Position numbers and translations under genes: made by a program. From IMG/VR virus record IMGVR_UViG_3300042373_001362, positions 84,356-148,355 of that record: 64,000 nucleotides of DNA. One strand, written 5' to 3'. This DNA is from a virus. How positions within the stretch are numbered: the stretch's first letter is position 1; the number at the start of each line of letters is the position of its first letter. Below the pieces are notes generated by a model. That model was not told the DNA's origin. It did not search any database and saw only the letters and a list, made by a program, of their open reading frames with translations. Positions 41,955 to 50,434 of the stretch are shown piece by piece.

Positions 41955-42257
41955 ATGAAAACAACAGCGAACAACGAAACAAGGGCAGCAATGAACGCTG
42001 CGTATCTAAACCCATTCGTCACGACATTGACTCTTGACGAAGTGCCGCACAAACGCAAATACACAAAAGAGCTGCGGGCTGGAGATTTCGTGGCCGTGTT
42101 TGTCAGCACCTCTCAGAAAGTTTGGGAAGGCTATTTTTCTTGGAAAGAAATCCGGACGATTGCTGCGACCCCTCAGGCCTATGTCCTGAAGTTCACAGAC
42201 GGAACAGACGAACGACACCCAAAGTTCTCAGCAGGTAAATGGGAAGTGATGAAATAA
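41955..42257 (+). CDS. Cassette hypothetical protein
   Basis: Leaderless ATG at +36 from 41919. Confidence 0.7.
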   Translation: MKTTANNETRAAMNAAYLNPFVTTLTLDEVPHKRKYTKELRAGDFVAVFVSTSQKVWEGYFSWKEIRTIAATPQAYVLKFTDGTDERHPKFSAGKWEVMK

Positions 42258-42375
42258 CCCGCCGGAATTTCCGGCAGCCGCACGCACGAGTGGCTAGCCC
42301 CGCTAGCCACTAATACGTGAGTGCTCCTCTTTCGTAAATTGTCGGTTAGGGGTGGGTGGGTGTAATGTTGGAGAC

Positions 42376-42672
42376 ATGAACACAACAGCAACAACACACA
42401 CACAGTCAGCCCAACTAATTGACGATGCAACCCGTGAGGGTCGCCTCTATCACTTCAACGGTGGGCAGGCATACATCAAAGCAAGTGAGGACGATGTTCT
42501 CCTAATCATTGACATGACACAGGAAACACCCGACTTCACTTACCACTATGGTGAGTTTGCCTCTAACTACTTCCGTAACAACCACCCACAGCCCACAGAC
42601 AGGGAACCACTTGTTCCGTTCTACGCAGAAGTGGACAAAAGAAAATTGTCGGTTCAGGGTGGGAAGAACTAA
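42376..42672 (+). CDS. Cassette hypothetical protein
   Basis: Leaderless ATG at +37 from 42339; its 3' end overlaps the next promoter. Confidence 0.65.
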   Translation: MNTTATTHTQSAQLIDDATREGRLYHFNGGQAYIKASEDDVLLIIDMTQETPDFTYHYGEFASNYFRNNHPQPTDREPLVPFYAEVDKRKLSVQGGKN

Positions 42673-43312
42673 GATAGAGACATGGAAACAGCACAAGCAT
42701 TCATCATCGTCACTTGGTTCTTGGTCAAGTGTGCAGGACTCGCAATCTTTGCAGTCGGCGCATACACCACTATCCAATGGATTAGGAAAAATGTCTCATT
42801 CTTCACTTACGAAGATGTAGACCCATCAGAAGACCCCGACTGGGTTCGGGAAAACTACGGATAACAATCCGTAGACAGCGACAGCGAGAAAGTTCTTGCT
42901 CCCAGTTTGTCGCTGTACTGGTTGAGCAGAAAGAGAAAGAGTCACTTTCGGGTGGCTCTTTCTCTATGTGGAGCCCCGGTTCTCCGGACAAAAAGAAAGA
43001 GCCCCAGCAATAAAGCTGAAGCTCCTCTTTCCTTGTGACTCACCATTAGAGCTCTCAAGGAAGAGCTTATGTCTGGTCGTGAGCCAATCCAGCAAGGGGG
43101 ACTTCCTTACCCGATAGTTGGTATCTGCCGATGTCCCTAACCCAATCGAGCTAAGTACGGTTTCGTTCCTCAACAGCAGTGTCCCTGACTGATAGGTAAA
43201 CATTACCAGCATTTCTCCAGCTTGTCAACTCAGATAGTCGTGGCCTCAATCTAGGCAACGGGGCTCATTTCCCGATTTGTCGGGTCAGGGGGGGTGGTGA
43301 TAAATTGGTCTT

Positions 43313-43521
43313 GTGAGCGAGGCTCTTCGCCTCTCCCACACACAACATAAGTGCATAGTCTCCCTTCTGGATAAGGCTCTTGTCACTGCGATATCCTCTC
43401 CACTCTCCGGAAGTGCGATGTTCCCTCCAGTCAGACAATCCGTCCTCCTCTGAATAGACCTCTCCTTATGGGGGTGACGACCTCGTGTGTGGGTGGGGCG
43501 AAGGGGCTCGCTCTTTCTTTT
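43313..43521 (+). ncRNA. Structured non-coding RNA, copy 2 (6S-like rod)
   Basis: Array promoter 43277; 43315-43343 pairs with 43485-43513; U-tract; covaries with copy 1. Confidence 0.7.
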
Positions 43522-43554
43522 ACATAGGGGCAAGCCCCGTCTTGCCCCTATGTA

Positions 43555-43570
43555 TGTTTCACGTGAAACA
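43555..43570. other. parS site (perfect)
   Basis: TGTTTCACGTGAAACA. Confidence 0.85.
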
Positions 43571-43612
43571 TTGGACTTGTCGGTCAGGGGTGGGTGCGAC
43601 TAAGGTGGGGGT

Positions 43613-43915
43613 ATGGAAACAGCAACAACATTGGAAACATCAGTCGGCAACCAACTCCCAAAGGGAAACGGCTCATTCTCGGTCACTACGATTGTCAATG
43701 GACTGATTATCACGCCAAGCAACTCATCAGCGATTAGTCAAATCAACTACCTCGCTGATGACAGCGTTCTTGTCGTGACATACAGCAACGGTGGTATGTA
43801 CCACTACAAAGAAGTCCCAGCAACGGTGGTATTCCACTTATTGGTTGCCGAGAGTTTTGGGAAGTTCATCAACGCACACATCAAGCCACACTACGAGTTT
43901 CGCAAAATCTGGTAA
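43613..43915 (+). CDS. KTSC-domain protein 1
   Basis: SSAISQINY..VLVVTYSNGGMYHYKEVP..LLVAESFGKFINAHIKPHY. Confidence 0.8.
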   Translation: METATTLETSVGNQLPKGNGSFSVTTIVNGLIITPSNSSAISQINYLADDSVLVVTYSNGGMYHYKEVPATVVFHLLVAESFGKFINAHIKPHYEFRKIW

Positions 43916-44043
43916 CAAGTCCCCCCAATAGATAGCCCCACCTGATACCCCGTCAGGTGGGGCTATCGCTTTATTACGGGGAAGCCCCGTTTCCCCGTAA
44001 TAAAGATTTGTCGGTCAGGGGTGGGCCGCGATACAGTGGAGAC

Positions 44044-44259
44044 ATGAGCAGCGACACAACATACACAGAACAGCAGTACGAAACCATTGAGGAAGTTTGC
44101 ATAGAACACGCCGTGTTTGGTTTCATTGAGGAGTACGGCCTGGTGGAGTCAGACTTCATCAAATGGGCTTCCGACAACGGCGTGAGCTATGAGGACTTAC
44201 TGGACAACATGTACGACCACATCGACGACTTTGTGAAGGACTTGTCCACTTCTCGATAA
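44044..44259 (+). CDS. Cassette hypothetical protein
   Basis: Leaderless ATG at +36 from 44008. Confidence 0.65.
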   Translation: MSSDTTYTEQQYETIEEVCIEHAVFGFIEEYGLVESDFIKWASDNGVSYEDLLDNMYDHIDDFVKDLSTSR

Positions 44260-44386
44260 GGCCGCCAGCCCTGACCGATTCCTCCTGGTCGGTCAGGGCT
44301 TTATTCTCTCCTGAGCCCCGACTGTCCGGGTGAGAGAGTTCCATAACGAGACTGTACGAACGTACGTACGGGGCTCCCATAGGGAG

Positions 44387-44402
44387 TGTTTCCCGTGAAA
44401 CA
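44387..44402. other. parS site (one mismatch)
   Basis: TGTTTCCCGTGAAACA. Confidence 0.7.
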
Positions 44403-44444
44403 TTGGATTTGTCGGTTAGGGGTGGGCTGTAATAAAGTGGGGTT

Positions 44445-44741
44445 ATGGAAACAACAGCAACATTTGAAACATCACTCGGCAACCAACTTCCTTCGGGCAA
44501 CGGTACTTTCACAGTCCTTGACAGTGGAAACCTCATCATCAGACCAACCTCATCAGCAATCAGCAAAGTCAGTTACCTCATTGGCTCGCAAGTACTTGTT
44601 GTGAAATACAACGGCAGTGAGACCAAATACTTCTATCGGAATGTTCCCGTAGCAGTGGCGTTCCACCTGCTAATCGCTGACAGTTTCGGCAAGTTCATCA
44701 ACGCTCACATCAAGCCCAACTACGAGTTCTGGACAAGTTAG
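44445..44741 (+). CDS. KTSC-domain protein 2
   Basis: Paralog of 43613: SSAISKVSY..YFYRNVP..ADSFGKFINAHIKPNY. Confidence 0.8.
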   Translation: METTATFETSLGNQLPSGNGTFTVLDSGNLIIRPTSSAISKVSYLIGSQVLVVKYNGSETKYFYRNVPVAVAFHLLIADSFGKFINAHIKPNYEFWTS

Positions 44742-44878
44742 CCCCACCAGCCCCCCAACAGATAGCCCTACCCGATACTCCTAGTCGGGTAGGGCTATCG
44801 CTTTTCCCATAGGGAAGCCCCGCTGCCCCTATGGGAGTGGACTTGTCGGCTTGGGGTGGGTGCTGCTAAATTGGAGTT

Positions 44879-45151
44879 ATGGAAACAAACAGCGAAATCA
44901 GCACCGCCCACCTTCCCCACTTCTGTGGTGAAACTTGTATGTTGGAAGCCGAGCAAGTTGGCTACTTCACGGGTGACGATTGGGTAAATACCGAGCAAGA
45001 GTTCACCCACGAGAATCCCCATTGCGATTGGTGTGGCGAGTCTGATGATGACGGTGATGAAGATTCAGCGTGGGCAGACGCAGACGCATTACGCTCTATC
45101 GGTTGGGGTGATGACGAGGATTATGGATACTGTGGTGGTGACGACTACTAA
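44879..45151 (+). CDS. Acidic cassette protein (METNSEI family)
   Basis: WADADALRSIGWGDDEDY; paralog of 27088..27321. Confidence 0.7.
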   Translation: METNSEISTAHLPHFCGETCMLEAEQVGYFTGDDWVNTEQEFTHENPHCDWCGESDDDGDEDSAWADADALRSIGWGDDEDYGYCGGDDY

Positions 45152-45588
45152 GTAACAGGGGAAGGTTAGCCTTCCCCTTATTCTCTGCCTGAGTCCCGTT
45201 TACTGCTGTGACTAAGTCTCTTTACAGAACTGTACGAACATACGTACGGGGCTACGGATGAACTTGTCGGCCTGGGGTTGGCCCTGGTAATGTCTGGGTA
45301 TGGAAAAAACAGTGACTATCCCGTACGCGCTACTACTCGAACTCTATGAGTCCCAGGTGTACGATGCGTACTACAACCCCCAGACAATCTACGGCCCTGG
45401 GCGACCAGAAGCCCTGGAGTTCATTGCCAAGATGAATGAGTTCGTGGCCGAGCAAGACCAATACGAAGAAGAGTAACCAAAGCCCTGGCCTAGCAGCTGG
45501 GGCTTTATCTCTATTGGAGCCCCGTCTCCAATAGAGATACCCCCGACAAGATTTGTCGGGCAGGGGTGGGTCGGTCTAAGATGGAGGT

Positions 45589-45897
45589 ATGACATCAACA
45601 GCGATTCAGTATCAAACAGCACAACACGACCTTCCAATGCCAAAGGGCAACGGAACATTTATTGTCTTTGCAGACGGAACCCTAATGGGTCACCCCGAAT
45701 CATCGGCAGTAGCAGAATGGAACTACCTTGTCCACACGGCAACGCTTGTAGTGGAATACAAGGGAAGCCCCAAGCAATACTTCTACGAAGAAGTACCTTC
45801 CTACAAGGTATTCCAAATGCTCGCCAGCGACAGCATCGGCTCATTCATCGCCAAGGCAATCAAGCCCCACCACCAAGTGTGGTCGCCCGAGCGCTAA
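45589..45897 (+). CDS. KTSC-domain protein 3
   Basis: SSAVAEWNY..YFYEEVP..ASDSIGSFIAKAIKP. Confidence 0.75.
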   Translation: MTSTAIQYQTAQHDLPMPKGNGTFIVFADGTLMGHPESSAVAEWNYLVHTATLVVEYKGSPKQYFYEEVPSYKVFQMLASDSIGSFIAKAIKPHHQVWSPER

Positions 45898-46074
45898 TCC
45901 CAGCAGTTCCCCCCAAGAACGGAGAGCCCACCCACCCCCATTTGGGTGGGCTTCTCTGCTTGTGAGCCCCGTTGCAGCCAGGGAGACCGCTGCGCTCCCC
46001 GGACACGAAGCAGCAGCTGCGGGGCTATAAATCACGATTTGTCGGGCAGGGGTGGGGGTTGCTAAGGTGGAGGT

Positions 46075-46383
46075 ATGACAACAGCGAAGAGCACGCAGAA
46101 TGTTTCACGTGAAACATTTGAGCGAATCAGTGAAGCGGCCGAAGAATTGCGTAAAGCACTCAAGGCCTTGAACCCAGAGACAGGGCAACTGCCCTCCTAC
46201 AGCAATCCTCACCCACGAGGATGGACATCGTCTTGGGAGGTCGCCCGACCTTGGGATGACACGACAATCTCCAATGCAGTCCACTACGCATTCGCCCTCA
46301 TCCTTGACGAGGGCTGGGAAGATGAGATGGCCGAGAAGCAGGCCGAACTTGACGAGTTCAACAAGGAAGACGAGGAGGGATGA
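46075..46383 (+). CDS. Cassette hypothetical protein containing an in-frame parS
   Basis: Leaderless ATG at +36 from 46039; parS translates as NVSRET. Confidence 0.65.
   Translation: MTTAKSTQNVSRETFERISEAAEELRKALKALNPETGQLPSYSNPHPRGWTSSWEVARPWDDTTISNAVHYAFALILDEGWEDEMAEKQAELDEFNKEDEEG
46101..46116. other. parS site (perfect)
   Basis: TGTTTCACGTGAAACA. Confidence 0.85.
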
Positions 46384-46773
46384 TGGACTTCATTCAGGAA
46401 CCAAAACTGATGACCAGAGTCAAGAAGGAGAAGCCCAAGGAGAAGACCAAGTACAAGGTCAGAGGATGGGTCGAGGACTTGATGGAGAACCCGAACCGAT
46501 GGGCAATCTATTCACGCCGACCGCTAGACCGACAGGGCATGGTCATGGCCTACAGTTCAATGGATGGATACAGGAAGCGCTACCCACACATTGAATGGGC
46601 AATCTCAAAAGAAGATGACGCTTACGCAGTGTGCGGCCGATACACACCGCCGACCGAGGAAGGGTAATCAGGGGAGCGGGGCTTACCTGATTACCGGTAG
46701 CTGAAAACTTGTCGGTCAGGGGTTGTTTCAACTAAGGTTTATTTATGAAAACATTTGCTGAGAGGGCAGAGAA

Positions 46774-47202
46774 ATGATGAGAACGCCAGAACTAATTGCA
46801 CAAGACCATCTTCAATGGTGCGTGGATAATCAAGACGACTGTTTCTTCAAACCAGAAGCAGAGTTGTACGGTGTCACAGATAAAGAGCAGTTTGTAAAGA
46901 TTGCATCTGCAAAAGATGTCTATGCCCTGCTGGAAATCACTTACTCACTTCCACACAACAAGTACATCGCTCTCGCTATCCATGTAACAGGGCTAGCGTC
47001 TCCCTTTGATGAAGATGACCCAACTCCACCATCAGAAAGAGAGGACAGCAGGCGAGTCTCTCTCATCACTATCACCACAGAAGAGGGTATGGGGTCAGCA
47101 CTAGCCTTTTCAGATACAGAAGAGATAATCACAGATGAAGGTGAAGCGTCTGGGGGTCTAGCAGAAGCACTGCTCGATTGTTGGTTCAGGTCAGCATCAT
47201 GA
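46774..47202 (+). CDS. Hypothetical protein, paralog of 49581..50054
   Basis: Shared RRV.L..F.DT.E..TDEG.A.G.LAEA. Confidence 0.7.
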   Translation: MMRTPELIAQDHLQWCVDNQDDCFFKPEAELYGVTDKEQFVKIASAKDVYALLEITYSLPHNKYIALAIHVTGLASPFDEDDPTPPSEREDSRRVSLITITTEEGMGSALAFSDTEEIITDEGEASGGLAEALLDCWFRSAS

Positions 47203-47330
47203 AAAACCTGATGCTCTTCATAGTCACCGTCAGCTCGCTGGCGACCATCTTCTACATCACGCAACTCATCACTCGCCTTTTCTAACACCTGAGCCCCGCG
47301 TGCCCAATTGGGTAACGGGGCTGCCCCCAC

Positions 47331-47400
47331 TAGATAGTTGCGACCACAACTATCTAGTTGCGCACTCAACTAATAAAGATAGTTGCGCACTCAACTAATA
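47331..47400. repeat. Three tandem TAGTTG-N6-CAACTA inverted repeats (operator-like)
   Basis: TAGTTGCGACCACAACTA plus TAGTTGCGCACTCAACTA twice. Confidence 0.7.
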
Positions 47401-47502
47401 AATTCCGTTTGTCGGGGAAATGACCAGAGTGTCCGTACTTCATGACGGTGGTGGATGAGTCTGAATTTGTCGGTTAGGGGTGGGTGCTACTAAGTTGGTG
47501 GC

Positions 47503-47949
47503 ATGACGAAAGCACTTTTCATCCCAGCGACAGGCGAACCACGCACCATCATTCTCCCAAAGGAGAACGCACACAAGACAATCCACGAACTAATCGGTGG
47601 ATGGTTTGACTGTGTGTCCCTATCTAACGAAGTTGTCATGTATGTCCATGACGAAGGTCTGCTCATCGGGCTTGACCCCAATGTCACTGCCAGCACCCTG
47701 TACGGCAACCCCATCGCTGGCGATGTTCTCTTGGTCGGCACACTCAACGCACAAGGCGAGCGTGACGGCTACGACTACGACTTGCCCGAGTTCATGTTTG
47801 AGCCAACCTTTGTGGCACGAGTGAACGAAGTGAACAGCAACCCAATTCACCGAGAAATAATCTCTCTCTACATGGCACAGATGGACTTGACTCCACGCAT
47901 TACAAGCCTGACAGATGACGAGTTCAACGAGTGGTTGGGGGCTAAGTGA
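47503..47949 (+). CDS. DUF3846-like protein
   Basis: LIGGWFDCV..MYVHDEGLL..N..A....IAGDVLLVG. Confidence 0.7.
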   Translation: MTKALFIPATGEPRTIILPKENAHKTIHELIGGWFDCVSLSNEVVMYVHDEGLLIGLDPNVTASTLYGNPIAGDVLLVGTLNAQGERDGYDYDLPEFMFEPTFVARVNEVNSNPIHREIISLYMAQMDLTPRITSLTDDEFNEWLGAK

Positions 47950-48293
47950 TGTTTGACGAAGAACCAATCGCACAACTTGAACGAGAGTTCACCAAACTTG
48001 AATTGTCGGTCATCATTGAAGCACTAATCAACTATCGCAGTGGTGGTGTAAGACCCGACTTTGACTCAGTAGACCCTGAGACAGTCACTATGGAGAACAT
48101 TGACAAAATTGAAATTCCTGTCAAAGAGATGACCGAAGAAGATGAAGAAACAATCACAGAAATGATGATGTTGTTCATCGCTGGATTTACTCAGGTTCTC
48201 AGCGCAGAAGCTGAGATGATGGAAGAAGCAGTCACCAAAGGCACAAAGACGCTCATGGGTGAAATTACAGAATTCCTGAAAGAGCAGAAGTAA
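47946..48293 (+). CDS. Acidic hypothetical protein
   Basis: Coupled ORF. Confidence 0.6.
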   Translation: MMFDEEPIAQLEREFTKLELSVIIEALINYRSGGVRPDFDSVDPETVTMENIDKIEIPVKEMTEEDEETITEMMMLFIAGFTQVLSAEAEMMEEAVTKGTKTLMGEITEFLKEQK

Positions 48294-48373
48294 TCCCCCG
48301 GCTAGATACAGGGGGCGGGGCTCCCTGTATCTAGATTTGTCGGTCAAGGGTGGGTAGAAATAAGATGGAGAAC

Positions 48374-48946
48374 ATGAACAAGATACAAGTATCAGCACGC
48401 AAGGGTGGCCTAGGGACAACAACAGTCGCTTGTGCTATCGCACTCACCTATTCACGCAATCACCCAACACTCAAGGTTGGCTTGGTTGATGGGTCTAGGT
48501 TCAACGACTGTCTATCAGTGATGGGTCTCAACCCTCAATCACCAAGCATTGACGGAGTTACCATTATCGGCAAAGAGACAGACGGCTATGACGTTCTTGT
48601 CATTGACGCTGGAGTTACTGACCGACTAGACCCTGACGCAATCATTGTGAATGTCGTTCGCAATGAATACCTGCCTCTCAGAGCAGAGACATTCGCACGC
48701 TTGAAAAGCGACTACACAGTCGCTCTCATTCACGAGGACAACGCTCTCACTGCCAAAGATGTCGCCAATGTTCTTGGGGCAAAGATTATGAACTTCCCTA
48801 TCTCATCACAGATGAGCAGAGCCATTGACGCTGGAATGTTCACTTCACGATTTGAGCAACTAGGTAACGAGTGGGCTACCGAGTTGGTGGAGAGCCTTGC
48901 GTTTAGGAACGGCCACGAACTTTTGTCGGTCAAGGGTGGGGAGTAG
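48374..48946 (+). CDS. ParA/MinD-like P-loop protein with a degenerate Walker A
   Basis: SARKGGLGTTTVA..LVD..YDVLVIDAG. Confidence 0.7.
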   Translation: MNKIQVSARKGGLGTTTVACAIALTYSRNHPTLKVGLVDGSRFNDCLSVMGLNPQSPSIDGVTIIGKETDGYDVLVIDAGVTDRLDPDAIIVNVVRNEYLPLRAETFARLKSDYTVALIHEDNALTAKDVANVLGAKIMNFPISSQMSRAIDAGMFTSRFEQLGNEWATELVESLAFRNGHELLSVKGGE

Positions 48947-48958
48947 TAAGGTAGAGAC

Positions 48959-49243
48959 ATGGAAACGAACACACTCAACGAATACAACGAACTACGAATT
49001 GGCGACAAGGTTGGCAGTGGTGGCGAACGAATGGTTATCGCCCACACGAAGCGCAACGAACGCATTGTTGGCGAACTCTACGCAACTTGGATTGCCATTT
49101 GCGTAGACGAGACAGCGTTCCACCCTTACGCCGTTTGGACAGTCGTGGCTCGCCCTAACGGCTGGCACGCCGAGAGTGGCGACTACTGCAAGACGCTTGA
49201 TGAAGCGTTGGTCGCCTACAAGGAGCGAGGTGGAGAGGCGTGA
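48959..49243 (+). CDS. Cassette hypothetical protein
   Basis: Leaderless ATG at +36 from 48923. Confidence 0.7.
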   Translation: METNTLNEYNELRIGDKVGSGGERMVIAHTKRNERIVGELYATWIAICVDETAFHPYAVWTVVARPNGWHAESGDYCKTLDEALVAYKERGGEA

Positions 49244-49580
49244 GAGTAGACCTCTCCACTTCCATTGAGCAACTGGATTTTGTGCACAGCCTCTTTCAAG
49301 AGCTCGAGACACAGAATGTCGAGTTGCCAATGGGGGACTATCACCTCATTTATCACTATCTCGAGAATGCTCGAGAGGCCCTCATTGAGTTTGAGGAAGA
49401 ACTGGAAAGCCAGCTCGAGTAGTTGGTTTTCTTTTTCCTGAGCCCCGATTTATTGCTGCATCCACCGGGAGCAACGGGGCCCCCGATGCCACCACTCCAC
49501 TATCTACGAAACTTGTCGGTTAGGGGTGGGTCTTACTAATGTGGTACTCGCAACAGCAACTCCCACGAAAGGGGAACACA

Positions 49581-50054
49581 ATGTCCACCACACTCACCGA
49601 AATCGCCACCGAAGCAGAACTCTTTGTTCATGACTTCTTGGGTGCTTTCACCAACGAACAGGACAGTCTCTACATGAGCAACGCCCACCTTCTTGTTGTC
49701 AAGGCAACTGATGACGGCGTAATCGTTGAGCCTGTCACTTCTGGCGAAGATGTGTACGAACTCATTGACGAAGTAATCGCTGAAACTCCGTTTCCTGTTC
49801 GTGCTTCTGACATTCTCGCCATTGTCACAACAGGGTGGGCTGCCCCACTCAACGAACAAGGCGAAGTAGATGGGCGACCTTCTGAACACGCACAACGCCG
49901 TCGTGTCCGTCTTATGTCATGCGTTCGCCGTAGTGACCTTCGTGTAGCAAGCGTTCTCCGTTTTGGAGATACTGACGAAGTAACTACTGACGAAGGAAGC
50001 GCAACGGGCGCACTTGCCGAAGCCATGCTGGCTCTTGGTAACGCTGGCAAGTAA
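49581..50054 (+). CDS. Hypothetical protein, paralog of 46774..47202
   Basis: Promoter 49513, AAGGGG SD. Confidence 0.7.
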   Translation: MSTTLTEIATEAELFVHDFLGAFTNEQDSLYMSNAHLLVVKATDDGVIVEPVTSGEDVYELIDEVIAETPFPVRASDILAIVTTGWAAPLNEQGEVDGRPSEHAQRRRVRLMSCVRRSDLRVASVLRFGDTDEVTTDEGSATGALAEAMLALGNAGK

Positions 50055-50434
50055 TGAACAACTACTACCGTTTCTATCGGGCAGTTTGGGTGGGGAGAGT
50101 TACGGCTCTCCCCACTACCGAGCTGTACGGTGCTGTTGTTGGCACTTACTACCCAACTGATGACACCGACCTTTCTACTGCCATTGCCGACCTTGCTTAT
50201 GAAGAACTAGCTAGGCGTGGCGAAATGAGACCCCGGGGCTCAGCCACGCCTACTGTCGCAAAACTTGTCGGCTTGGGGTGGGTGTGACTAAGGTTGAGCC
50301 ATGACCAACGAACAAGAACAAGAAATGTGTGAGCGCAACTACTGTGACGAAGTAGCCGTGAACACTTGCCCTAACGGTTTCCTAGTGTGCCAAGCGCACG
50401 CTGAAGAGGCATGGGAGAAAGACGGTATCCACTC

